From contig NC_043002.1 in NCBI RefSeq assembly GCF_006345805.1, positions 21,638,001 to 21,702,000 on the forward strand: a stretch of 64,000 nucleotides of DNA, in the 5' to 3' direction. Origin of the DNA: Octopus sinensis (taxonomy: Eukaryota). Of this stretch, positions 38,106 through 50,103 are shown one piece after another. The position numbers and the translations under genes were made by a program. The notes beneath the pieces are model-generated. The model saw only the letters and a list, made by a program, of their open reading frames with translations. It ran no database searches and had not been told where the DNA came from. Within the stretch, counting starts at the first letter, position 1, and each line of letters begins with the position of its first letter.

Positions 38106-38719
38106 ATTATATAATTTAGAAAATGGAAAAAAAAGACGTAACACATTCACACACACATATATATATATACAAATACACACACATATATGTATATATACAC
38201 ATACACACTCAAGTACACACATAAGGGGCCACCTGGACACTTCATCTCTTATCTTTACTGCTCCCACTAATCATTCTTTCCCTTCTCTATTAAATGTGAG
38301 TGACCATGCAGCTCTTTTACAAGAACCTGCTCTGCCACCCTTATCTTGTTCTGTAGCCCCTCATTCCCTAGCATAACGCTGATTCTCCCCACTCTTCACT
38401 CAGGGTTGTATTCTTGTGAGCTGCATGGTAACGCCAGTGGTGCTGGTGCCACTGAAAAAAAGTACCCAGTTCATGCTGTAAATTGTTAGGAAGAGAATCC
38501 AGTTGTAAATTATGCCAAAGCAGACACTGGAGCACAGTACATCCCTGGAACCATTTGATGCTGACAAACTGTCCAATACATTCTGGCATGGAACATGAAC
38601 ACACAAACACACACACTCACACACACACATTCATAGATACAAGCCATTAGGAATAGGTGAGATGCTTAAAATATTTAGCAAATTAGGCTTCAAATTAACC
38701 ACTTGAATTGTCAGCCAGG

Positions 38720-39010
38720 TAATGGAAGAAGGTATCATAAGTCAATGACTTGTGTAGCAGTGTTATTGTACGCTGTTGCAAAGGCAAAACGGATGCATTA
38801 GAGAGAGTAAACTAAAGAGGTTTCAAATTATTGGGCCAGGTTATGAAAGTTACAGAAAGGGTTATTGCAAATTTGATGCAGTTTGGTTTTGTGCTAGGAA
38901 GAGGTATCATAGTTGCCATCTTCTTTGTGAAACAACTGCAAAGGAAATAATAAATTATCACGTGTCCACAACAAACTTGATTCATTGACATAAGGGACTT
39001 TGAGACACCT
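38720..39010 (+). mobile_element. RTE-clade LINE reverse-transcriptase fragment
   Basis: Reads SVIVRCCKGKTDALERVN*RGFKLLGQVMKVTERVIA..MQFGFVLGRGIIVAIFFVKQLQRK, the RT motifs KGKGD..NYRGxKLL and QFGFxPGRxTxDAIF. Confidence 0.85.
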
Positions 39011-39145
39011 GCGTTTTGACTAGATTGTGTCTTTTCAGTGAAAGCTACCCTCACATCAGTGTATCTAAACAAGAATGGTGACTCCTGTTTATAGTATTCA
39101 ACAAACTACTTATTTGTTGATGTATATTAATACCTGCCAAACTAA

Positions 39146-39540
39146 TCTCTATATATATAAAGCTGATGTTGTCTGTGTATGGTAGGTTTGGTAGCCTTCA
39201 ACTAACACTATATCCTCTGAGACCCTGCATTGCAAGTTGACCAAAATTGAGAGTATGATAGAAGTAGGCTTGCTCTTCCTTTTGTAGGACAAAAAGTTCA
39301 AATCGGACCATGTTAACAGCAAAAATTATTTACATCAAAAAGGTGCTTTTTCTGTATGAAAATCCCTATTTTTTTTTACGATTTTTTTACTACTGTGTTG
39401 CCATTTTTCGGTGTATTTCAACCAGAAAAATGTTCACTTAAAGAGAATAACAAGCTACATAATACAAAATTTTTACTTTTCAAAAATTCCTGTTCTAAAG
39501 GGTCGAAACAAACCCGAGTAACGCCGGGTGATACTGCTAG
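39146..39540 (+). mobile_element. Non-autonomous Helitron, copy 1
   Basis: A|TC 5' end, subterminal hairpin acccg-agtaacgc-cgggt, 3' CTAG|T and no TSD; a second copy lies at 47569. Confidence 0.8.
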
Positions 39541-40556
39541 TGATGTACACATTCATTCTTAATATGTTCTAGTAGGCCTGAATGGGAATATGTTAATCAC
39601 TGTTGTATGTCTTCTTCGGAGAACACCTCCTTTCAGATGATCTGTGTTCACAGCACACTCTATGCATTGAGGTAAAGGGGCTTTAAGATACCTGTGCTTT
39701 GATCAATGCCACGCTCATCCTCACCACTGACATCATCTACATAACCACCTCCTAAAAGGTCAGCTCGTTAAGTGATATTGTAGAACAATGACTTCCAACT
39801 TCAGTATATGTCACCTGTGAGATAGGGTTTAACGTATTCCCTACCGACTGTATTTATAGTAGTACATAAGTAGTAGTAGTAGTTATCATGTCATGTTGCT
39901 ACCATCTGAGGTCCTTGTTAAGGATTTGCTCCTTTACAAAAGAATTTTACAGAGTATAATTTTGAGGAACCTGAGAAGATACATGACAAATCATCTACAT
40001 CAGTCTGTGGACATTATTTTACTTGGTGAGTCTGGAAAAAGGGGTAGGGCCCAAGGCTTTTGTAGGTCCTCTGGCACCAATGTAACTGATACCAGTAATA
40101 TCCCATCCATAGGGAAAATATGAACAAGGAGAGAATTCAAGTGAAGGGGCTCTATATACCGGGGAAGAAGGATGGGATAAATGGTTACTGCAAGATCTAT
40201 GTTTATTTTATTACACGCATACACATATATACACATGTGTACATCTGTATGTACATATGTATGTGCACCAATAGTTGGACTGATAATTAACACCAAAATG
40301 CACATCTGAGAAGAGTGTGCACCTACTTTCAATGGAAATGTACATAGATCTTGAAGAAAGATGTGATTAACTGTGTAAAATAAATTTGGGTGTACAAATC
40401 TCTATTCTCTTGATTTTAATTCCATTTGATATATATATATAATATCGATAATAATAAAGGGTAAAATTAATTAATTAATTAATTAATTAATTAATAATTA
40501 ATAATTTTACTAAGTAGATCGGTATGTTGAAAGAACCATTATCGGTAAACTTATAC

Positions 40557-41000
40557 AAAAATTCTACAATTATGAATATAATTGTAATTAGGGTTCAGCA
40601 AAATTTGCTTCACCACATACCGAAATTTAGAAATAGCAGTTAAACTACTATTCTACTACTATAAGGTATCTCTCAGGCAGCAATACTCAACAATTCAGGC
40701 AGGTAAAGAGAAAAAAATAACGAATCCACCCGGTTGTGATTAACTGTATACACGTTTTGGAGTTAGAGAGATGTGAAAAATGTAAAATCATATTTCTACT
40801 CACTCATTCTCCTCATCAGTACAGTATTTCAAGATTTTAAATTTGAGAGCTTATTTTTCCCCTTTACCTGCGTGAGTTGTTGAGTATTGCTGTCTGGGAG
40901 ATATCTTATGATATTTAACTGCTATTTCTAAATTTCGGTATGTGGTGAAGCAAATTTTACTGAACCCTAATTATAATTGTACTCATAATTATAGAATTTT

Positions 41001-41001
<1 letters not shown>
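40557..41001. repeat. Long inverted repeat (~150-165-bp arms, ~130-bp spacer)
   Basis: 40557-40720 pairs with 40851-41001 (gggttcag.aaaatttgcttcaccacataccgaaatttagaaatagcagttaaa); the spacer holds a hammerhead-like motif. Confidence 0.9.
40743..40825 (-). ncRNA. Decayed minimal hammerhead ribozyme
   Basis: Reverse complement: ACTGTA-CTGATGA-GGAG-(46 nt)-CTCC-AAAAC-GT-GTA-TACAGT. G12 is replaced by A, consistent with CpG decay of CCGAAACGCGTA. Confidence 0.55.
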
Positions 41002-41090
<89 letters not shown>

Positions 41091-41944
41091 CTATAATTAT
41101 GAGTATAATTATGTATTACTGGTTACATATGTGTGTGTGTATGTATGAATACACACACACATGGACTCATCCACACAAAGTAACAGGCCCTCCTGGTTAG
41201 TCAGAGGGTGAGCAGGTGAACCAATCCTATGTGTTTTTTTCTCCTAGCATATCTCTTTGTCTCCTTTTTTCTCTTCCTAGTTTCTCCTGGACTTTTCTTT
41301 ATTATCTGAAGAAGGATCATTGCAAAATATAGTATTTGCATTTTGCTTATGTGTGTTTATGTGCATGCATGTGTGTGTGTGGCATATATTCATATATAAA
41401 AAGCACTAAAAATATTTTAGATCCAAGTGTGTTTTCTGTACAATACAACAGATGTGTTTACTTAAGGGTTCAGCAGAAGAGTCTTGAGTAATAGTAAAAT
41501 ATAATGTGTTAGGCACGACATAGGTGAGGCAAAGATAAGAAATGAGTGATTTGGGATTGCCTAGGTGGGGGTGCCATAAAAGCAGCTGACTCCAAGGAAC
41601 AGAGGCCATTAGGATAACATTACAAAAGGCAGAGAGAGGAGACAGCCTGCCTGGAGCATGTCTGCAGTTATTTTGTGTTAATATCGAACACATTGAAATC
41701 TAGAACTTTCAAACAGGGTTCACAATTGATCAGTCACAATAGCTTATGTAAAGTAGTAGTAGCAGCAGTAGCAGCAGCTAGTGCACATTACTTTTTTACA
41801 GAACAGGATCAATAATAGACAATAGTAGGAACAGATTATCTGTTAGAAGAGTTACATGGTCAATAAACATTAGGGGGGAACAATAAGCTCTATTTATTTA
41901 GCTTAAAATAGTGCTTGCAGAATAGCTGCGTTATGTAATACATA

Positions 41945-41980
41945 CATATCTACATGTGTATGTATATGTATGTATGTATA

Positions 41981-42031
<51 letters not shown>

Positions 42032-42198
42032 ATGTATGTGTGTGTATGTATGTATATGTGTGTGTATATATATGTATGTATGTGTGTGTATATATATATA
42101 TGTATGTATGTGTATATATATATATGTATGTATGTGTATATATATGTATGTATGTATGTGTATATATGTATGTATGTATGTGTATATATATGTATGTA

Positions 42199-42276
<78 letters not shown>
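41945..42276. repeat. Compound (TA)n/(TG)n/(TATG)n microsatellite
   Basis: Direct reading. Confidence 0.9.
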
Positions 42277-42280
<4 letters not shown>

Positions 42281-42925
42281 TCAGTCATTAGACTACAGTC
42301 ATGTGCTGGGACACCACCTTGAAGAAATGTTTAGTCGAATGAATCAGACCCAGTAACTGTTTTTGTAAGCCTTGTACTTATTCTATTGGTCTCTTTTGCC
42401 AAACTGCTAAGTTACGGAGATGTTAACACAATGACACTTGCCACCAGAACAAATATAGACAGAAAGACAACCCTCCCCCTCACACACATATATGCTCATA
42501 TGTATGTGTGTATTTGTGTTTGTGTGTGTATATATGCGTATGTATACACATACATGCATATGTGTGTATATATGTGTGTGTGCGTGTGTGTGTTGGCACA
42601 CAAAAAGCATCATTCGAACGTGGCTGATGCCAGTGCCCTCTGCCTGACTTCCATGCTGGTGGCACATAAATGGCACTTCCTTAACATGATTGATGCCAGG
42701 CCCAACTGACTGGCTCCTGTACTGGTGGTATGTAAAAAGCACCTACTACACTCTCGGAGTGGTTGACATTAGGAAGGGCATTCAGCTGTAGAAACACTGC
42801 CAGATCAGATTGGAGCCTGGTGCCGCTGCAGGCTATCCAGATCTCAGTTAAACTGTCCAAGCCATGCCAGCATGGAAAACAGATGTTAAACGATGATGAT
42901 GATATATATGTGATCTAAATCTATA

Positions 42926-43085
42926 TGCTTCTATATGAGATCTAAATCATCTGCATGCTCAAATCAAGTGGCTCTGGTTCATTTTGGACATTACTCTCAC
43001 TATGGCAGCTTTCATAGAATCGTTGGTGTTATGGGTGTGTTCATTGACCTCTCTCTCTACAACGCTCCGCATGTAATAGTCCCAT
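42926..43085 (-). pseudogene. C-terminal fragment of a second Tc1/mariner-superfamily transposase (maT/DD37D-like)
   Basis: Reverse complement reads DYYMRSVVEREVNEHTHNTNDSMKAAIVRVMSKMNQSHLI*ACR*FRSHIEA, like the recalled maT C-termini (LDYYVWSVVE..SLKAAI..RACxRFRxRIEA). Confidence 0.6.
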
Positions 43086-44386
43086 TCGCTGATGGAATGG
43101 CATAACACTGGAAGAGAGAGTGATACCCATTTTGGTTCAATATTCCTGTTACCCGATGAATATCCCCAACACTATTTATTTATTTATTGCCCACAAGGTG
43201 TCTAAATATAGGAGGGACAAACAAGGACAGACAAAGGAATTAAGCCGATTACATCGACCCAAGTGCTTAACTGGTACTTATTTAAATGACACCGAAAGGA
43301 TGAAAGGCAAAGTTGACCTTAGAGGAATTTGAACTCAGAACATAATGGCAGATGAAACACTGCTAAACATTTGGCCTGGCATGCTTACGCTTCTGCCAGC
43401 TCGCCGCCTTTATCCCCAATAGTATTGCCTGCAAAACACCATCAGATCATCACATTTCCCCCACCATGCTTTATAGTTGGAATCATACACTCAAGAGTCA
43501 TCTGTTCACCAATTCTTTGCCTCACATAAATGCTACACCAGGATCTGAAGATTTCAAACTTTTATTCATCTGTCCAGAGGACTCGTTTCCATTGATCAAC
43601 AGTCCAACTTTGGTGTTTTCTGGCCCATATTAGTCACATTTATTCCCAGGTTGAAACAGTGGTTTTCTGGCAGCTCAATGGCCATTTAGACCAGTAGCAG
43701 TGAGACTTCTCCTCACAGTTGTTGGAGACATGTTAGCTTCACCAGCTTCTCTTACTTGTGTAACAGTTTCATTTTGTGTCAGGTGCCTGTTTCGAAGGCT
43801 GGTGACTCTGATGAACTTATCCTATGATTTAGAAATCACTGAGCTCCTTTGTTATTTCTTCCTGTTTCATTATACGTCATAATTGCGGAGTGGATGGCAG
43901 CATAGAAAACTTTAACTGTCTTGGCTATTTCTCAAGAACTATCACCTTCACTACTTAATGTGACAATCCTTTGTCTCTTTCCAGGTGATAAATTACTGGT
44001 TTTGCCCATACTTAGGATGATTTTTTAGGAATTTCACTAATTTCACTTATTTTTAATAATTGAACCTGAAAGAAACAATAACACATATAACGCAGACATT
44101 AAGTGATGTTATCTCAACCGACAGTGTGTAAATAATCAAAAATGTATTGCAATGTTGCCAAAAAGTGGACGCTAAAATGATTTTGACAACATTCCCAAAC
44201 AGCTTGCCATCAAGAAATATGATTATTTGGGTATAAAATATGTATAAATAGTGTTATTCCATATCGAATAAACCCCAAACTTTATGCATTATGTTATTGC
44301 ATATTTTTATACTAAAAAATTATCGAAATCATTGGCATTGAACTAAAAACTCCAATTTCAAACGATCTTTTGGATAGTAGTGTGTA
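43086..44386 (-). mobile_element. 3'-truncated Tc1-family transposon with transposase pseudogene (ATG at 44009)
   Basis: Minus strand reads MGKTSNLSPGKRQRIVTLSSEG..IAKTVKV, WTVDQWKRVLWTDE*KFEIF, TIKHGGGNVMI*WCFAG and GDIHRVTGILNQNGYHSL..AIPS. A Tc1-like end (rc tacacactactatccaaaag) lies at ~44386. Interrupted by a SINE at 43177-43410. Confidence 0.85.
43177..43410 (-). mobile_element. Full-length family B SINE inside the Tc1 transposase
   Basis: Reverse-complement head ggcggcgagctggcagaagc, B-box gagttcaaattcc and an (AAAT)n tail; imperfect 16-bp TSD tatccccaa(c/t)a(c/g)tatt at 43161 and 43411. Confidence 0.85.
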
Positions 44387-45203
44387 TCATCATCATCATC
44401 ATCATCATGGTTTAAGGTCCGCTTTCCATGCTAGCATGGGTTGGACAGTTTGACTAAGGGCTGGCGAACCAGATGGCTGCACCAGGCTCCAGTCATGATC
44501 TGGCAGAGTTTCTACAGCTGGATGCCCTTCCTAACGCCAACCACTCTGAGAGTGTACCAACCAATATGTGTGTGTATGTAGTATGTATATATATATATAT
44601 ATGTATATATCATCATTGCTGTTAAACATCTGCTTTCCTTGCTGGCATGGGTTGGATGGTTTGATTGAGAACTGGCAAGCTGGGAGGCTGCAGCAGGCTC
44701 CAATCTGATTTGGCTAGGTTTTTACAGCTGGATATCCCTTCCTGATGCCAACCTCTCTGAGAGTATAGTGGGTGCTTTTTACAAGCCACTGGCATGGGTG
44801 CCAGTTAGGTGGCACTGGCATCAGGCATACTTAAACAGTGCTTTTTACATGCCACCAGCATGGGTGCCAGTCGGGCGACACTGGCATTGGCCATGACTAC
44901 AATCTCACTTGGCTTGCCGTGTCTTCTCTAGCATGGCATATCTCCAAAGGTCTCCGTCGCTTGTCATTACCCCTGTGAGGCCCAACGTTCAAAGATCATG
45001 TTTCACCATATATAATGTATATAAAGGGGTTAACATTAGGAAAGGCATCCAGCTGTAGTAACCATGCCAAAACTTACAATAGAGCCTGGTGCAGCTTCTG
45101 GCTTTGCCAGTTCCTGTCAAACTGTCCACTCCATTCCTTATGGAAAACAGATGTTAAATAATGATGATGATGGTATGTATACGAGAGGGTTTAGCATATT
45201 GAA

Positions 45204-45892
45204 ATGAAAAGAAAATTTTCTAAAAATGACATTGATGTCATTAGCATTGCAAGAGTTTCTCTTTCCTTCCTTAGATGTCCATTATGCACAAAATTATGCA
45301 TGTCTCACGCTGGTATAAGATTGCACCAGCATGTCCATGTGGATAAGGCATGCACGAACCACTGGAATTTCTTTCCAGATGACCAGTTCAAATGCAATGT
45401 CTGTCAAAAAACCTGCAAGTTATGTGGGGTATTGAAGCAGCACTTCATCATCATCATCATTTAACGTCCGCTTTCCATGCTAGCATGGTTTGGATGATTT
45501 GACTGAGGTCTAGTGAACCAGATGGCTGCACAAGGCTCCAAACTACAGCTGGATGCCCTTCCTAATGCCAACCACTCCAAGAGTATAGTGGGTGCTTTTA
45601 TGTGCCACCAGCATGAGGGTCAGTCAGGTGGTACTGGCAACAGCCACGCTCAAATGGTGCCTTTTATGTGCCAACTGCACAGGAGCCAGTCCAGAGGTAC
45701 TGGCAACGACCTCGCTCGAATGTTTTTTCATGCACCACCAGCACAAGTGCCAGTAAGGCGCCCAGGTATAAGGAACATGTTGATAGAAGAGTCAGTATTG
45801 AAATGAGACATTGCTGCAGTGTACATGATCAGCTCTTCAAATGCATTTCAGGGCTCAGAAGTCATTTAAGATCTCATGCTAGGAAAGAGTGA
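45204..45892 (+). pseudogene. Three-C2H2-finger ORF split by a SINE, probably an RTE-LINE C-terminus
   Basis: Fingers CPLCTKLCMSHAGIRLHQHVH, CNVCQKTCKLCGVLKQH and CSVHDQLFKCISGLRSHLRSH with no TGEKP linkers. Deleting the SINE at 45445-45761 restores one 124-codon frame. Confidence 0.55.
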
Positions 45893-46561
45893 TTATAGGC
45901 ACAAGAAGAAGTCCAGTATGTGTGGGCAAAAATATTGCTATTTCACAGCTTCATTTATATTTCATGAGATCTCTCAGTCTCTCTCTCTCTCTCCCCCCTC
46001 TCTCTCTCTCTCTATCTATCTCTCTAGCTGCCACCTCCACCCTCTTGTTGTTTTCTATCATAGGACTGTGGACATGCTGGGATACCATGCTCAAGGGGTT
46101 TTTATTCTTATTTCATTTTGGCATTTGTTCCATTGAATCCTTTTGATGTCAAAAGTTATTATTTCTTTTTACACCAGTTTACACAAATAAGCATGGACAC
46201 AAACACACACATTTTGGGTCTTCTGTACTCTGTACAATTTCCATCTATGATTAAATTTAAATGCATCAAATAACTTTATTTCGTTTCTAGAAATAAATCT
46301 TTCAAAAATTATATCTATTTACTTTTGAGGTGTTTTTGTATATATTTTTCTTTTTTCTCTTTTTTAGTATTTCAGTCATTGGACTGTGGCCATACTGGGG
46401 CACTGTCTTGACAGGTTTAGTCGAATAAATCTACCCCGGTACTTGCATGTGTTTTAGTGCCTGTACTTATTCTACCAGTCTTTTTTTGCCAAACCACTAA
46501 GCCATGGAGACATAACCAAACCAGTACTGGTAATGGCAGACAAACATAGGCACAAATCAAA

Positions 46562-46596
<35 letters not shown>

Positions 46597-47024
46597 GCAC
46601 TCACACAAACATACACACGCATACACATCCACACAACAGGTTTCTTTCAGTTTCTGTTCCCCAAGCCCACAAAACTTTGATTGCCCTGGGATTATAATAG
46701 AAGTCATTTTGCCCAAGGAGCTCATGTTGCTGGACTGATCCCAGAACCGTGCGGTTTGAAATCAAACTTCTTACCATAAAGCCATGCATGCCTATATACA
46801 TATGTATGTGTGTATATATCATAATCATCCTTTAACATTCGTTTTCCATGCTGGCATGGGTTGGATGGTTTGACCAGAGCTTGCAAGCAGGAAAGCTGCA
46901 CCAGGCACCAGTCTGATTTGGCTTGGGTTTCTAAAGCTGGATGCCCTTCCTAACACCAACATATATATATGTGTGTGTGTGTGTGTATGTATGTACATAT
47001 TTGTGTGTGTATTCTTTTATTCTT

Positions 47025-47202
47025 TTCTTTTACTTGTTTCAGTCATTTGACTGCAGTCATGCTGGAGCACAGCCTTTAGTTGAACAAATCGACCCCAAGA
47101 CTTATTCCTTGTAAGCCTAGTACTTATTCTATCGGGCTCTTTTGCTAAACTACTAAGTTACGGGAACATGAACACACCAACATCGAATGTCAAGCGGGAC
47201 AA

Positions 47203-47240
<38 letters not shown>

Positions 47241-47393
47241 GACGGACTTCTCTTGGGTTCTGCCTACCAAATCCACTCACAAGGCTTTGGTTGGCCCAAG
47301 GCTATAGTAGAAGACACTTGCCCAAGGTGCCACACAGTGACACTGAACCATGAACCATTTGGTTGAGAAGCAAGCTTCTTACCACACAGCCAC
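47025..47393 (-). mobile_element. tRNA-derived SINE, family C
   Basis: Reverse complement of the family C consensus. Confidence 0.8.
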
Positions 47394-47568
47394 ATATAAT
47401 ATATACATATCTATAATCCAACTCATGCCAGCATGGAAGGTGGATGTTAAACAACGATGAGATATACACATAATATTGTCAGTATATGAATATGTGTGTA
47501 TTTGTGTCTGTTTGTATGCATGTGTATGAGTGACTGCATTGGTGTGTATTCATGTGTATAGATATACA

Positions 47569-47965
47569 TCTGTATATATAAAGCTGAAGTTGTGTGTGTG
47601 TGGCAGGCTTGATAGTCTTCAACTATCACTATCTCCTCCGAGACTCTGCGGCGCAATTTGACCAAAATTGAGTGTATGATAGAAGAAAGCTTGCTCTTTA
47701 TTCCGTAGAAGATAAAATTCAAATCGGACCATGTTAACACCAAAAATTATTTACATCAAAAAGGTGCTTTTTTTTCTATGAAAATTCCTATTTCTTACAA
47801 TTTTTTGACTGCTGTGTCACCATTTTTAGGTGTATTTCAACCAGAAAAATGTTCACTTAAAGAGAATAACAAGCTACATAATGCAAATTTTTTACTTTTC
47901 AAAAATTCCGATTCTAAAGGGTCGAAAAGAAAACAAACCCGAGCAACGCCGGGCAATACTGCTAG
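47569..47965 (+). mobile_element. Non-autonomous Helitron, copy 2
   Basis: A|TC...cccgagcaacgccggg...CTAG|T; colinear with 39146-39540 over its whole length. Confidence 0.8.
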
Positions 47966-48715
47966 TATATATTAAAGGCAGTGCTCCAGCATGGCTGCAG
48001 TCAAATGACTGAAACAACTAAAGGAATAAAAGAATATATGTATTTATATAGTTGGGAATCAGTTCTCCAGCATGGGAAGCCGGATGTAAAATGACAATGA
48101 ATGATAATGCTTATACATATACAGACATGCTTGCTTTGATGGTTGTCATGCTAATATTGATGGTGATCGTGATGGTCTACCTGTTAGTACCTCTGAATTG
48201 CTGAAAATGGGAGAGTGGGGGGGGTTCACCCTGACTAATGGACGGAACAAATAAAGTGACTCACACACGCACACACACATTTATCTATAAGTGTGTTTGT
48301 GTGTGTGTATTTAGAGTGTGTTCGTGAGACGTGTAGTGTAAAACAATTACAACAACAACAACAGTAGCTAGAAAACTCAATAAGTAAATTTCTTGTCACT
48401 GTTGCGATTGTCCTTCCTCCGCTCCCGTCTGTCTGAGTCATTACTCAGCTTCAAAAGATGCAGTCTGACATTGCTGCTAGGAGTTGCTGGAAAACACCTT
48501 GATCAAATCCTTTTGATGGTTGACCAATGAAATTTCAGAATACCAGATGATAGGAAAAAGTTGAAGTGAATGAGTGTGTGTGTGTGTGCGTGTGCATGTG
48601 TGCGCGTGTGCGTGTGTGTGTGTGTGTGTTGTGTGTGTGTGTTGTTGGCAGTGATGAAGTCATTCATGTTGGCAGTTCAGCTTACACTTGTGTGACTGGA
48701 TCTCAACTATGTAAT

Positions 48716-49010
48716 CACCACCACTACCTTCGCCATCACCCTCATCATCATAACCATCACCCTCATCATCATAACCATCACCACCACCACCATCATCACC
48801 ATCTTCCTCGTTACCAACGCCATCACTACCATCATTATCATCATCATAACTATCACCACCACCATAATCATCAACCTCATTGTAACCAGCACAACCACTC
48901 CTACCACCACCATCATCATCTTCTTTACCAACATCACCACCACCATCATCATTATCATTATCATAACCACCACCACCACCACAACCATCATCATCATCAT
49001 CCTCATCAAT
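48716..49010. repeat. Cryptic (CAT/CAC)n trinucleotide tract
   Basis: Direct reading; similar GGT/GAT tracts at 15140-15610 and 21400-21790. Confidence 0.9.
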
Positions 49011-50103
49011 ACTGGAAAGTAGTAATGTTACATTTTTTTTACCTATTTTCTAATTATTTTTTTAAAGTATATTGCAGTTAATCTCTATTTTGTTCATTGG
49101 TGTGTGTGTACTGATCAATTAAACAATGCCCTGTATTAATTAATTAATTAATGAATACATACATACTCATTCCCTACTCCAGTTTTTCTTAATTGTTGTT
49201 ATTGTTTTGCCCTATATAGTTTCTTATCAATCAGATCTATATTCCAGGCCTAACCATCCTGCTAATTTTTTTTTATTTTACGGCAAAACTTAGAGTATTA
49301 AGATTATCTAAATGTGACAGTCCCATGAAAGGGAAGAATGTTATTGTTATTTAATGCTAGGAAACACTGTTTCATGTTGGACTTGACACATTTCCTGTCT
49401 CTTTATGTTTTCAAAGTGGAGAAAGAAATTTCCTTGGAAGTGATTGGTTTCACTGATTTTGTGGCTACATGTGTGTGTGTGTGTGTGGTGTGTATGTACC
49501 TACTGATGTTGACATCAGGTAGCCAATAACTGCAGTTATGCTTTACACAGCATCCTACAAGGTCTGTACCTGAATACAGTTTTAACTATATATGTATATA
49601 TATGGATGTGTGAATATGGTGTTCACTTTGCAACCACATGGTTTCAGGTTTAATCAACTGCAATACACCTTGGGTGTCTTCTATTGTAGCTTCACTTGAC
49701 CAATACCTTATTAGATGGAAGCTATCATTTATGAGTATGTATATGTATGAGTGTGTCTGCATGTATGCAGGCAAATTTTGAGACAGCACAACTTTGCTTG
49801 TCACCACCTGAGCAAAACTGTGATATAATGTTCACATTGCTTGTTTATATTACAACAGTTACTGTGCCCTTTCAAAGACCCAGAGAATAGAAAAATATGT
49901 CCTGTACTTGAAAGACATAAATGTTGGTGACAAGAAGAACATCCAGTCATAAGATTCTACCTCTCACAAGTCCTCATCCAACTGATGCCAGCATGGGAAA
50001 ATGGATGTTAAATGAGTGGATGAATGACATACTTACATTGTAGCGTTTGTACTTATGTAAGATCCCCACCAACTATAATGTGTAAAATGGTCTGTGTTAG
50101 ATA

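Noticed and set aside
39690-39770. Minus-strand ADLLGGGYVDDVSGEDERGIDQSTG as an exon or piggyBac N-terminus
   Set aside because: Weak acceptor, a non-consensus donor (gtatct) and too short to assign.
41300-41335. CTGAAGAAGG..AAAA possible decayed hammerhead
   Set aside because: Stem II does not pair and too many changes must be assumed.
45204-45464. Host C2H2 zinc-finger gene
   Set aside because: No TGEKP linkers, irregular spacing, a SINE interruption and an RTE-like ending; recorded as a TE-type pseudogene instead.
48566-49081. 171-aa poly-His ORF
   Set aside because: Cryptic CAT/CAC simple repeat with no credible splice or start context; the opposite strand gives poly-Met/Val.
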